DNA from: Macrostomum lignano
Lineage: Eukaryota
DNA: 64,000 nucleotides
Direction: 5' to 3'
NCBI GenBank assembly: GCA_002269645.1
Contig: NIVC01003114.1
Coordinates: 1 to 64,000 of the forward strand
Below the pieces are notes generated by a model that was not told where the DNA came from, searched no databases, and saw only the letters and a program-made list of their open reading frames with translations. The position numbers and the translations under genes are program-made. Below, piece by piece: positions 11,437 through 31,200 of this stretch (position 1 is its first letter; the number at the start of each line of letters is the position of its first letter).

Positions 11437-14154
11437 ATGTCAGCAGACACTGAAGCCGCCACTCCAGCTCAGGATTCAATGCCGTCTTCATTCGTTCTAG
11501 TTGATAAATCGCTTACTGAAGACGGCAATGGAAATCCTATGGATTCGGGTTTGTCTGAAGAGGCCGCCGCGAACTCCGATCGTAATTCGAGTTTAGAATT
11601 TGAGAAGCCTAACTTCGAGTTGCGGGATGATAATCCGATAGTTAGGGAAGCTGCTGCTAGTGCTGGCATGGATAATCCAGATGAAGCTGAGGTCGGCTTG
11701 GATGTTGGTGAAGGTAAAGTGTCTGTGTCTGATAAACCTCAGGTGGATGGAGCTGAATCTGGTGAAGCTCGGGTGGATGAGGCTAGATCTGATAAACCTC
11801 CGGTGGATGGAGCTGGATCTGATGAAGCTCAGGTGGATGAGGCTGAATTTGATGAAGCTCAGGTGGATGAGGCTGAGTCAGGTGAAGCTCAGGTGGATGA
11901 GGCTGAGTCAGGTGAAGCTCGGGTGGATGAGGCTGGATCTGATGAAGCTCAGGCGGCTGAGGCTGGATCTGATGAAGCTCAGGTGGCTGAGGCTGAGTCA
12001 GGTGAAGCTCGGGTGGATGAGGCTGGATCTGATGAAGCTCAGGCGGCTGAGGCTGGATCTGATGAAGCTCGGGTGGCTGAGGCTGAGTCAGGTAAAGCTC
12101 GGGTGGATGAGGCTGGATCTGATGAAGCTCAGGTTGCTGAGGCTGGATCTGATAAGGCCCAGGTGGCTGAGACTGGATCTGATGAAGATCAGGTGGCTGA
12201 GGCTCAGTCTGGTGGAGCTCAGGTGAATGAGGCTGGATCTGATGAAGTTCGGGTAGAAGAGACTGAGTCGGATCGAGCTCAGGTAGATGAGGCTCACGCA
12301 CATGACTTCACGGAGGCTAAGATAGAACTACAAGGGGATGAGAAAGTGACTGCAAGTTCGTACGCCCCAGTGCAAGAGATGCTTGCAACTATCGAGTCCG
12401 AACAGCAGGGAAATCGGCAACAGCTTTTTAACGAATCGAATCCCGAGTTGATAAAACGAGCACCGTCTGACTCGGCACCGGAAACGGAAGCAACTCCCGA
12501 GCTGAACAAGCCGGTAAAAGCAGATTTAGAGCAAAATGATGAGGCCACATCAAGTGAGATACAGTCATCAGGCATTGTTGAGTCCGTCGAGCCAGAGCCA
12601 AAGCCAGCGAACGAAGAGTACATTGATATCCTTGGCAATGGCCAACTATTAAAGAAAACTATTGAGAAAGGTGGCGACGAATCGACCAGACCGAAGACTG
12701 GCTGTCGGGTCACATTGAATTACGAAGCTCGCCTAGGCGGCCCGGATGGCCCAGTTGTTGACAAACTCGACGGCCTGATCGTAGCCATCGGCGACTACGA
12801 CTTTCTGCAGGCGTTCGACATCGCCCTGATGCTGGTCGGGCTTGGCGAGCGGTGCGAGATCCGCAGCGGTCCTCAGCACGCCTACGGCAGCAAGCACGCC
12901 TACACAACCCGGTTAGGCGCGGAGATACCGCCCAATTCAACCTTGACTTTCACTGTAGACCTGTTAAAAGTGGACCAGCCGCTTGACCTGGGCTCTGTCA
13001 GTCTTGACAACGTGCTAGTCATGGCCGATGCCAAGCGGGAGCGAGGAAATTTCTGGTTTAATCGTGACGAAGCCTACACTGCGGTGTGTTGCTATGCCAG
13101 AGCGGCCGCGATGCTTGAGCAGCGCTGCTCCGCTAATCTAAGCGGCGCCTCAAACGAACTCGTACAGACCGCTATGGATGCTCGAGTTCGAGTTTATAAC
13201 AATTTGGCCGCCTGCCAATTGAAAATGGAAGCCTGGAATGCCGCTATTGAATCCTGCGATAAAGCTTTGAGATTGCAGGTGAATGCGATGCTTGATTTTA
13301 CACCTTTGTCCCAGCACCGTAGGAAAGGGGCAGGTGGCCAGCACACAGGTAGTAGGGAAGTGGCATGTGACCAGCACACAGGTAGTAGGGAAGTGGCATG
13401 TGACCAGCACACAGGTAGTAGGGAAGTGGCAAGTGACCAGCACACAGGTAGTAGGGAAGTGGCATGTGACCAGCACACAGGTAGTAGGGAAGTGGCATGT
13501 GACCAGCACACAGGTAGTAGGGAAGTGGCATGTGACCAGCACACAGGTAGTAGGGAAGTGGCAGGTGACCAGCACACAGGTAGTAGGGAAGTGGCATCTG
13601 ACCAGCACACAGGTAGTAGGGAAGTGGCAGGTCATTGACACACGGGTAGTAGGGAAGTGGCAGGTGACTAAAACACAGGTAACTATAGCATAGTAGCTAT
13701 ACACCCAAAAAAGAAAATCAGTCTACTTAAAGTAGTCATCGCCGCATTCACGCACCGTCAGGCTGGCAACGCGAAGGCTCTGTACCGGAAAGGCCGCGGC
13801 CTCATCGGCAAAGGCGAACCGGCCGCCGCTCTGCAGGCGATGCGAGCCGCATTGAGTGAGGAGCCGGACTCTCGGGCACTTCAGAACGAAGTAGCCAAGC
13901 TCACCATCGAGTGCCGGAGGCAGCAGACAGCCAGTCAGGATCTCTATCGCCGAATGATGGGCGTCGGCAAGTCGCCAGGCACGGCGACGTCTTCGACAAG
14001 CAATTCGCCGAGTTCGATGGAAACTTCAACTAGAAGCGGCTCCTCGAATGCCGGTTCATTTATTGGCCGGTACAAGTACTGGCTGGTGGGGGCCATCGGC
14101 AGTGTGGTTGTGTCCGCCCTGCTTGCTGGCGCCGCTTATCGGAACAATCGCTGA
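11437..14154 (+). CDS. FKBP8: FK506-binding protein 8 (FKBP38)-like, tail-anchored PPIase-like/TPR protein
   Basis: Exons 11437-13278 and 13762-14154 (RLQ|AGNAKALYRKG). Acidic N-terminus, FKBP domain (DILGNGQLLKK), TPR motifs (KRERGNFWF, NNLAACQLK, KALYRKG), C-terminal TM helix (WLVGAIGSVVVSALLAG). Confidence 0.9.
11735..12295 (+). repeat. Coding 30-bp repeat (xEAQVDEAxS) inside the FKBP8 N-terminus
   Basis: ~18 in-frame copies, no stops. Confidence 0.85.
13335..13680. repeat. 33-bp intronic minisatellite (CAGCACACAGGTAGTAGGGAAGTGGCATGTGAC)
   Basis: Lies in the FKBP8 intron; explains the spurious QHTGSREVACD tail of ORF 11371-13638. Confidence 0.9.
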
Positions 14155-14853
14155 TTGGCTGTCATATGCGGGTTATTTAACACCGTCTGTTTTGCCTTGA
14201 AGGCCTCTTCTCTTGAAAGGATAGTAAAGATCTGGGGGATTTGGACCATTTTGATGGGTTTTGTTTTTAAACAGAATATAATGGTACACTACTTATTAGT
14301 ACAGTAAGTACAGCCTGTACTCCTGGTGCTGCCCTCGCCCGGCTTCTCATGTCGAATTGTTATCAATTCCTTATATTTTTCGCCAAAAAACGTGACTAAT
14401 ATTTCCTCATCGCACTACTTATTAGTAGAAAGGCAAACATTTGTTTATTTCTTTTTCTGCCAAAAAATAAACGCATGCAAGTGTGCAATTTTTCGTTTGA
14501 AAATTTCGTATTGAATAATTTCAAGTGTCCGGCCTTAATTGCCTTCAGTTTCGCTTTATGATCGAGTCGAAAAAAATTTCGTTTCTGCCATTTTGCTTCT
14601 GTAACTACCTTTTCAATCCTTTATTTTGTTAACTTTGACGCTACGTTAGTTTCATTCGTCGATTGGCCGAATTCTGAAGAAGAACACATTCTAGTAAGTC
14701 CCTAATCAAAGCGACTTGTCTACTGACATTTTTACTTTCCATAGTATTTTGTTGATTAAATAAATATCTTTTTGTCTTCAGACTAAAATTATCAGTGCAG
14801 TGCATTTTTCTGTTAGTCTTATTTTCATGAAATTAGAATTCAAACTAAACAGT

Positions 14854-21114
<6,261 letters not shown>

Positions 21115-21934
21115 GTTTTACTGGATACCTGTGTAGTATTTCTAAACTTTTCAACCTTGGGCAACTATGCAACTCGATCGGTAAGGGTTGACTTGCTTTA
21201 AATTCTGTTGTGCAGAAGATCTTATCCGATTTTCCATCTTTTGCTAGAGGTCTGTCCGCTTCTTATCGTTGTTCAATCAGGCAATGTGCATCGCTGAGCG
21301 AATGTGATGTTGAAGTATTTGAGAGATTGAAAGCTCTGAGGCAGCTGAAAGTTAAGCTGATTTTGCCGCGGTTAGTTGCACAAGGCATCCGGTTGTCGTA
21401 CGATTCGCAGCCGTGAGGGCCAACCCCAAAGGCACAGAGTCTGTACATGCCTGACGAATAGAAAGTCAGGGCCCCTGTACACCCTGTGTGAGCAGTTTGA
21501 TCATCAAATGTTCGAGTGTATTTCATCAAAAAAATCGATTTCGAAAAAAAATTCTCTGAGGCGCGCTGCAAATTTAAACAAAAAGTTCAAAGTCCGAGAC
21601 CAAGCCTAGCCTTTCGCCCACGTATTTGATGCAGAGCGGGGTGTAAATACTAAAGCAGGGTCCGGTAACAATGTCACAACAGGTAAATAGCTTAGATAAA
21701 TACATAATACGAAATTTCACAGGCTAGTTAAAACATGCTGTTTCGTATTTAACATAAATTTTGATAGAGAGACACACATAAATATGTATTCCTCTGTGTG
21801 CTTGGGATGGAAACAAACAGATAGATAAGCTACAGAAGTTTACATTGCAGCATAAAACAAAGATATTGTAGTTGAGAACAGCACTTAATGGAGAACTGAA
21901 TGAGGACAGAGGAGAGTGGAGGGTGAGCGGCTGA

Positions 21935-22235
21935 ATAACAGGGGAAGAACAAGGGAAGAACAGGGGAAGAACGGGGGATAAGCAGGGGAAGAAAAAAGAA
22001 AGAACAGAGGAAGAACAAGGAAAGAACATGGGAAGAACAGGGGAAGAACGGGGGATAAGCAGGGGAAGAAAAAAGAAAGAACAGAGGAAGAACAAGGAAA
22101 GAACATGGGAAGAACAGGGGAAGAACAGGGGAAGAACAGGAGAAGAACGGGGGAAGAACAGGAGAAGAACAGGGGAAGAACAGGGGAAGAACAGGGGAAG
22201 AACAGTGGAAAAACAGGGAAACAGGTAGGGAACAG
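21935..22235. repeat. Purine-rich ~11-bp repeat GAAGAACAGGG with an internal ~70-bp duplication
   Basis: Direct reading. Confidence 0.85.
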
Positions 22236-22286
22236 AGCCACTAAATACCGAAGGCAGTTGGCACAATTCAAGTCACTCAAAGCCAA

Positions 22287-25200
22287 TCACTTCTTGCCAT
22301 TAACTTTGCTAGCCAGCTGGTCGAGCTTCCCGCTATGCTGCTTCATCTCCTCCTGCATGCCCTTGAGCTCGGCCATTCTCAGCTTCTGCTCCGATTGAAT
22401 CTTCATGCCAAGCACAGTTTTCACAGTTTGCACAACTTCGGCTAACTTTCTGACCAACGCCTGGCACTCCTCCAGTTCGCGTTTGAGACCGCTCGAGTCG
22501 CCTCCTCCGACTGATGATGAAGCTTTAAGCCTCTCCAGTTCGACCCGAATCGAATCTGTGTCCTGCACTCGGCCAGCTATCTCTGAGCCAACACGGAGGC
22601 TGAGATCCTCCATCAAGGCTGTTATCTGATCCGAGTTTCGGTGCACCTGCAATACAGTTCGGTGAAAACAGCCCATAGCATTTGTTGTGTTCGATTTGTT
22701 TTTAGATATGATCAACCGTCCGTTTACGATTAGTTGCTTGCGTTCCCTTTCTCTGCCTTTCTTCAACTTTCTATATCCTTTGCGCTAGTTCTGGGGTAGA
22801 AAGCCTGCCCTAAACCCTGCCCCGTTTTGATTGGCTATCACCACCATGTACTTCCTCTCCCTTTCTCTCCCTCCCTCCCTATCCCCCGTGCCTCTCGGGG
22901 TAGACAGTCTGCCGTAAACCCTGCCCCGTGTTCTATTGGCTGTCACCACAGGCAGGGAGGGAGGGAGAGAAAGGGAGAGTGGGCGCATGATAACCCGTGC
23001 CTCTCGGGGTAGAAAGTCTGCTTTAAACCCTGCCCTGTTTTGGATCGGCGGCAACTATCCCTTTTCTCACTTCCTATGCCCCTGCGCCTTTAAGGTTAAA
23101 AGGTCTGCTCTAAACCCTCCCCCATTTTAATTGGCTGCGACCATGCTTTCCCAACCTCTGCCTCCACTTCCTTTCCTTCGCGCCTCTCGGGTTAAAAAGT
23201 CTGACCCTGCCCCGCCGTTTTTATTGGCTGTCACCGCCATGCAACCCCTCTACCTTTCTCTCTCTCCCTCCCTACCCGCCGCGCCAACTGGGGTAGAAAG
23301 TCTAACCCGACCCTCCTCCATTTTGATTCGCTGAGACCAACTTTATTTTGTATCTGAACTGAATGATAAAAAAATTATTGATGGAAAGACTCACCCCGTC
23401 ATTGACCGCGGCGTTTTTAGACTTTAAATCTGTCACGTGACCCTCAGTCTGGCCCAATCGTTGCGAAATGGCTTCCAACCTCTCTTGAATCTCCTTCATC
23501 AACGAATCGTTGCTCTGAAATTTATATATATTCACGATTCAAATACCGTTTTAGCGGAATGAAGCTAACAGGCAAAAAAATTAAAAAAACAAGTTATGAA
23601 ATATTTATGAAAAATAAGCGAACTCATCACTGCAGCACGCAATAATAATAAACGTTTTAAAGGTGAGTTTATTGCTCAAAAATGGTTGCTAACTAAGTTA
23701 ACAAACTATTAAACTCGAATTTTAACTAACATTGCTAATAAATATTACGAGTATTAATATGAAAGCGAGGGATACAGTTCGAGTATAAAAGTGCGAAAAT
23801 AAATATATTGCATGAATTTTTACCTCTTGTTTCTGTTTGAGCTTGAAATGCAAAAAAGCGAATGCATTCGTTTTCAGATTCCAGTTAAATGAGAAGAAAA
23901 GCTCATGCTAGTAACTATGGTAATAAAATGTTTTCACCGTGACGGAATTAAAAAATTACCTATCGAATGTCATTTGTAATCGATTCTATAATGCAACTCT
24001 CAGCCAGTCAGAGTTATTCAGCCATTCAGCCGCTCAGTCCCTCAGCCGCTCAGTCACTCAGCCGCTCAGTCACTCAGCTGCTCAGTCACTCAGCCGCTCA
24101 GTCACTCAGCCGCTCAGTCACTCAGCTGCTCAGTCACTCAGCTACTCAGTTACTCAGCTGCTTAGCTACTCAGCTACTCAGTTACTCAGCTACTCAGCCG
24201 CTCAGCTACTCAGCTACTCAGTTACTCAGCTACTCAGCCGCTCAGCTACTCAGTTACTCAGCTACTCAGCTACTCAGCCGCTCAGCTACTCAGCTACTCA
24301 GTTACTCAGCTACTCAGCCGCTCAGCTACTCAGTCACTGTATTCTATGAGTCTCACGGTTCACCAATCACCCCATGACAGTCACTAAACAACTCTCTAAC
24401 ACCCAGCCCTAACGTTAACTCTATTCATTCACTCCGACTCAGCCGACTCACCTCCCCCATCCGACCGCCCAGCCTCTCGTCCATCCGATCCAGGCGTGAC
24501 TTGACCGCCTGCAGCTGCTCCTCCGTGCCCGCGATCCGCCTGCCCGTCTCCCTGCGGTAGTCCTCCAACAGCGATTCCCATTGGTTCTTGCTCTGGCGAT
24601 TTGCGAGCGGGGATTAGCGATTGATTGACAGCTTCAGTTGATAAATAGGTGACAGTCCTGTCTAACAGGTGACACGATCCTGTCTAACAGGTGACACAAT
24701 CCTGTCTAACAGGTGACGCAATCCTGTCTAACAGGTGACGCAATCCTGTCTAACAGGTGACACAATCCTGTCTAACAGGTGACACAATCCTGTCTAACAG
24801 GTGACACAATCCTGTCTAACAGGTGACACGATCCTGTCTAACAGGTGACGCAATCCTGTCTAACAGGTGACGCAATCCTGTCTAACAGGTGACACAATCC
24901 TGTCTAACAGGTGACACGATCCTGTCTAACAGGTGACACAATCCTGTCTAACAGGTGACGCAATCCTGTCTAACAGGTGACACAATCCTGTCTAACAGGT
25001 GACACGATCCTGTCTAACAGGTGACACAATCCTGTCTAACAGGTGACGCAATCCTGTCTAACAGGTGACGCAATCCTGTCTAACAGGTGACACAATCCTG
25101 TCTAACAGGTGACACAATCCTGTCTAACAGGTGACACAATCCTGTCTAACAGGTGACACGATCCTGTCTAACAGGTGACGCAATCCTGTCTAACAGGTGA

Positions 25201-28200
25201 CACAATCCTGTCTAACAGGTGACACAATCCTGTCTAACAGGTGACACGATCCTGTCTAACAGGTGACACAATCCTGTCTAACAGGTGACGCAATCCTGTC
25301 TAACAGGTGACGCAATCCTGTCTAACAGGTGACACAATCCTGTCTAACAGGTGACACAATCCTGTCTAACAGGTGACACGATCCTGTCTAACAGGTGACA
25401 CAATCCTGTCTAACAGGTGACGCAATCCTGTCTAACAGGTGACACAATCCTGTCTAACAGGTGATACGATCCTGTCTAACAGGTGACACAATCCTGTCTA
25501 ACAGGTGACACAGTCCTGTTTAACAGGTGACACAATCCTGTCTAACAGGTGACGCAATCCTGTCTAACAGGTGACGCAATCCTGTCTAACAGGTGACACA
25601 ATCCTGTCTAACAGGTGACACAGTCCTGTCTAACAGGTGACACAATCCTGTCTAACAGGTGACGCAATCCTGTCTAACAGGTGACACAGTCCTGTATAAC
25701 AGGTGACGCAATCCTGTCTAACAGGTGACACAGTCCTGTCTAACAGGTGACACAATCCTGTCTAACAGGTGACGCAATCCTGTCTAACAGGTGACACAAT
25801 CCTGTCTAACAGGTGACACAATCCTGTCTAACAGGTGACACGATCCTGTCTAACAGGTGACACAATCCTGTCTAACAGGTGACACAATCCTGTCTAACAG
25901 GTGACGCAATCCTGTCTAACAGGTGACACAATCCTGTCTAACAGGTGACACAATCCTGTCTAACAGGTGACACAATCCTGTCTAACAGGTGACGCAATCC
26001 TGTCTAACAGGTGACGCAATCCTGTCTAACAGGTGACACAATCCTGTCTAACAGGTGACACAATCCTGTCTAACAGGTGACACAATCCTGTCTAACAGGT
26101 GACACAATCCTGTCTAACAGGTGACACAATCCTGTCTAACAGGTGACACAATCCTGTCTAACAGGTGACACAGTCCTGTCTAACAGGTGACACAATCCTG
26201 TCTAACAGGTGACACAATCCTGTCTAACAGGTGACACAGTCCTGTCTAACAGGTGACGCAATCCTGTCTAACAGGTGACACGATCCTGTCTAACAGGTGA
26301 CGCAATCCTGTCTAACAGGTGACACGATTCAAGATCCAAGCTGCCACTCACCGCTTCAGCAGAATTGGCCGAACGAACCCGTCTGGCAAGTTCGGCCACC
26401 TCAGCGGACAGAGCACTCGAGCTGCTGGACAGTCGGGCCTCTAGCTCCTGGACTCTGGCAGTCAGCTGCTGCCGCAGGCGCGACTCATCTTCGCTGCTCT
26501 TGCCGCCTTTGGAGTCTCGATCTGTGAGCTCCTGGGTGATGATGTGGCAGGATGATGTCACCATGTGAGGGGAATTCGTGGAAACGAGAAAGGGAGAAAC
26601 GTCGGAGGTAGGTCAAGAATGGGGAGTCAGGTTAAGGAGTGGAAGATGGGGCAGAAGAGATGGGAGAGGGGAAGATGGGAGAGGGGAGATGAGAAAGGGG
26701 GAGATGGGAGAGGTGGAGATGGGAGAGGGGAGATGAGAGAGGGGGAGATGGGAGAGGTGGAGATGGGAGATGGGAGATGAGAGAGGGGGAGATGGGAGAG
26801 GTGAAGATGGGAGATGGGAGATGGGAGAGGAGGAGATGGGAGAGGGGAGATGGGAGAGGTGAAGATGGGAGATGGGAGATGGGAGAGGGGAGATGGGAGA
26901 GGGGAGATGGGAGAGGTGGAGATGGGAGATGGGAGATGGGAGAGGGGAGATGGGAGAGGGGGAGATGAGAGAGGGGAGATGGGAGAGGGGAGATGGGAGA
27001 GGGGAGATGGGAGAGGTGGAGATGGGAGATGGGAGATGGGAGAGGGGAGATGGGAGAGGAGATGGAAGATGGAGCCAGTTTTCAAGCATCGCGGCTCAGT
27101 CAGGCCCAGCATCCGTACCTGGATTCGACGCTCCATCGCCTGCACAGCCTCCTGGAGCGCGCGAGTCGTCTCGGCCGCCTCCGCCAGCTCCGCCCGCTGG
27201 GCCCGGCGGGCTCCGGCCAGCTCCTCCTCCTGAGCTTTGCGCAACGCCTCCCAGCGCTGCTCCTGCTGGTGCCGCTGCTCTCGCTCCTGGGTCAGGCGGG
27301 CCTCCTGCTCGCGCAAGATGAGGCGCTCAGCCTCCGCCTGGCTGCGGGCCGCGTCCTCCCGCAGGCGGACCTCCTTCTCCAGGATGCGCTGGTTCAGGCC
27401 CTCCGCCGCCTCCTGAATGCGGGCCTGCGTGGTGCGATGGAGCGGAGAGGATTCTGGATTAACTCTTATGTATTGTCACTCTGGTAGATATTGTCACTCT
27501 GCTAAATATTGTCACTCTGCTGAATATTGTCACTCTGCAGGATATTGTCACTCTGATGGATATTGTCACTCTGATGGATATGGTCACTCTGCAGGATATT
27601 GTCACTCTGATGGATATTGTCACTCTGCTAGATATTGTCACTCTGCTAGATATTGTCACTCTGCTGAATATTGTCACTCTGCAGGATATTGTCACTCTGC
27701 TAGATATTGTCACTCTGCTAGATATTGTCATTCTGCTAGATATTGTCACTCTGCTGGCTATTGTCACTTTGCTGCCATTGTCACTGCTGGCTATCGTCAC
27801 TCTGATGAATATTGGCACTCTGCTGGCCATTTTCACTCTGCCGGATTTTTTTTCACACTTTCTCCACTTCACTCAAGCACCCCACTGTCACTCTAGCACT
27901 TAAAGTTTACGCCAGCCTACCGATTTCACTCCAGCCTCTCAATGTCACTCCAGCCTCCCAATGTCACTCCAGCCTCCCAATGTCACTCCAGCCTTCAATG
28001 TCACTCCAGCCTCCCAATGTCACTCCAGCCTCTTAATGTCACTCCAGCCTCCCAATGTCATTCCAGCCTCCCAATGTCACTCCAGCCTCCCAATGTCATT
28101 CCAGCCTCCCAATGTCACTCCAGCCTCTCAATGTCACTCCAGCCTCCCAATGTCACTCCAGCCTCCCAATGTCACTCTAGCCTTCAATGTCACTCCAGCT

Positions 28201-31200
28201 CACCTGCAGCGCCAGCCGGTCGGTGGCCCCCAGCCCCGGGTGCTGCTCAGTCCCGGCCGTCTTCAGCGCCTCAGTCAGCCGCTCGTCCAGTCGCTGCTCC
28301 AGTCGCCTCCGTTCTTCGGCTTCGGCTCGAACTCGCGACCTCAAGTCGACAATCTCGCGCCTCAAATCGCCGCCATCGTTGGGCAGTTCTTCGTCGAGAT
28401 CCTGAAGCTTCTCCTGGGCTGAAGAGTGCCGCGCCCGAGGCTGCTGCTGCTGCTGGCCGGTCCGCTGGTGGTCCTCAACTCGAGCCCGCAGGTTGCGCAT
28501 CTCCTCAAGCAGGCGCGCCGTCTGGCGCTCGGCGCGCGTCCTGGCCTGCTCGAGCGCCTCCAGCTCGCGCTCCATGGCGGCCACGCGAGCCTGCTGAGCC
28601 TCCTTGCGGGACCCGGCCTCGGCCAAGTTGTCCAGCCGCGACCGCTCTTCGGCCAGGCGGTCCTCCTGCGGGTTCGGCGTTGGGGGAGCGTTGAACAGGT
28701 ACTGGGGCACTTGCACAAATAGTTTCTCATTCGAGACAGGGACTGTGTGCACCTGGCGCACTTTAAGTGACTGAGACAGTCGCTGAGACAGACACTGAGA
28801 CAGGCACTGAGACAGGCACTGAGACAGACACTGAGACAGACACTGAGCCAGGCACTGAGCCAGGCACTGGACAGGCATTGAGACAGACACTGAGACAGAC
28901 ACTGAGACAGACACTGAGATAGACACTGAGACAGGCACTGAGACAGACACTGAGACAGACACTGAGACAGACACTGAGACAGACACTGAGACAGACACTG
29001 AGACAGACACTGAGACAGACACTGAGACAGACACTCAGACATACAATCAGACAGATACTGAGGCAGGCACTGAGACAGACACTGAGGCAGACACTCAGAC
29101 AGACACTCAGACATACAATCAGACAGATACTGAGACAGGCACTGAGACAGACACTGAGACAGACACTGAGACAGATACTGAGACAGGCACTGAGACAGAC
29201 ACTGAGACAGGCACTGAGACAGACACTGAGACAGACACTGAGACAGACACTGGGACAGGCACTGAGCCAGGCACTGAGCCAGGCACTGGACAGGCATTGA
29301 GAAAGACACTGAGACAGACACTGAGACAGACACTGAGACAGGCACTGAGACAGTCGCTGAGACAGACACTGAGACAGACACTGAGACAGGCACTGAGACA
29401 GACACTGAGACAGACACTGAGACAGACACTGAGACAGGCACTAGACAGGCATTGAGACAGGCACTGAGACAGGCACTGAGCCAGACCAAAAATCAAGCCG
29501 CTCACTCACCTGAGTCCGCAGCCGCTGTGCCAGCTGATTCACCAGATCTCCGCTGCTCTTCACAGCCCCCTCCAGCATCTGTCTGGCCCGGCGCTCATCC
29601 CGCAGCGCGTCCTCGCCCTTGCGGGAGACCACCTTGAGCTCCGACTGCAGCCGGACCACCTCCTCAAGCAGAGCTCGATTGGACTTCTCAGCAACTCGCA
29701 GGCGAGTCTCCAGGCTGCGGATTCTCTCGTCGTTATCGCTTGGACTCGACATCGATCGGTGATCGTCAAGAGATTCGGCACGAATTGGCACCAGCTGCTG
29801 CTGCTGCTGCTGCCTCGGCTTCTCGTGGGATGTTCGGTTAGTGCTCAGAGCTGGCAGATCCCAGCTGGGAAATTACGAGTAGATCGGTTCGATTAGCAGC
29901 TCTATGTGTGCTGTAGCAATAAATAATTGCAGGGGCTGTGGGTAGCCTGGCGCAACGCTTTAAGGGGTTGTAGCCTGAGGGGGTGTAGCCTGAGGGGTTG
30001 TAGCCTGAGGGGTTGTAGCCTGAGGGGTTGTAGCCTGAGGGGTTGTAGCCTGAGGGGTTGTAGCCTGAGGGGTTGTAGCCTGAGGGGTTGTAGCCTGAGG
30101 GGTTGTAGCCTGAGGGGTTGTAGCCTGAGGGGTTGTAGCCTGAGGAGTTGTAGCCTGAGGGGTTGTAGCCTGAGGGGTTGTAGCCTGAGGGGGTGTAGCC
30201 TGAGGGGGTGTAGCCTGAGGGGTTGTAGCCTGAGGGGTTGTAGCCTGAGGGGGTGTAGCCTGAGGGGTTGTAGCCTGAGGGGTTGTAGCCTGAGGGGTTG
30301 TAGCCTGAGGGGTTGTAGCCTGAGGGGTTGTAGCCTGAGGGGTTGTAGCCTGAGGGGTTGTAGCCTGAGGGGTTGTAGCCTGAGGGTTGTAGCCTGAGGG
30401 GTTGTAGCCTGAGGGGTTGTAGCCTGAGGGGTTGTAGCCTGAGGGGTTGTAGCCTGAGGGGTTGTAGCCTGAGGGGTTGTAGCCTGAGGGGTTGTAGCCT
30501 GAGGGGTTGTAGCCTGAGGGGTTGTAGCCTGAGGGGGTGTAGCCTGAGGGGTTGTAGCCTGAGGGGTTGTAGCCTGAGGGGTTGTAGCCTGAGGAGTTGT
30601 AGCCTGAGGGGTTGTAGCCTGAGGGGTTGTAGCCTGAGGGGGTGTAGCCTGAGGGGGTGTAGCCTGAGGGGTTGTAGCCTGAGGGGTTGTAGCCTGAGGG
30701 GGTGTAGCCTGAGGGGTTGTAGCGTGAGGGGTTGTAGACTAATTAGTGGTTGTAGCCTAATTAAGGGGTTGTAGGTTAGTTAAGAGGCTGTAGCGTAATT
30801 AAGGGATTGTAGCCTAACTAAGGGATTGTAGCCTAACTAAGGGGTTGTAGTCTAATTAATGGGTTGTAGCCTAATTAAAGGGTTGTAGCCTAATTAAGGG
30901 GTTGTAGGTTAGTTAAGAGGCTGTAGCGTAATTAAGGGATTGTAGCCTAACTAAGGGATTGTAGCCTAACTAAGGGGTTGTAGTCTAATTAATGGGTTGT
31001 AGCCTAATTAAAGGGTTGTAGCCTAATTAAAGGGTTGTAGGTTAGTTAAGAGGCTGTAGCGTAATTAAGGGATTGTAGCCTAACTAAGGGATTGTAGCCT
31101 AACTAAGGGGTTGTAGTCTAATTAAGGGGTTGTAGCCTAATTAAGGGGTTGTAGCCTAATTAAGGGGTTGTAGCCTAACTAAGGGGTTGTAGTCTAATTA

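Noticed and set aside
21430-21465. CTGACGA...GAAA...GTC hammerhead-like string in the GTGTACA module
   Set aside because: Stems II and III cannot form (3-nt and 1-nt connectors); better explained by the CCTGAC/GTCAGG hairpin
24645-26325. CRISPR-like appearance (palindromic repeat with variable bases)
   Set aside because: Variation is single-base within a 22-mer, with no unique spacers, no cas genes and a eukaryotic context
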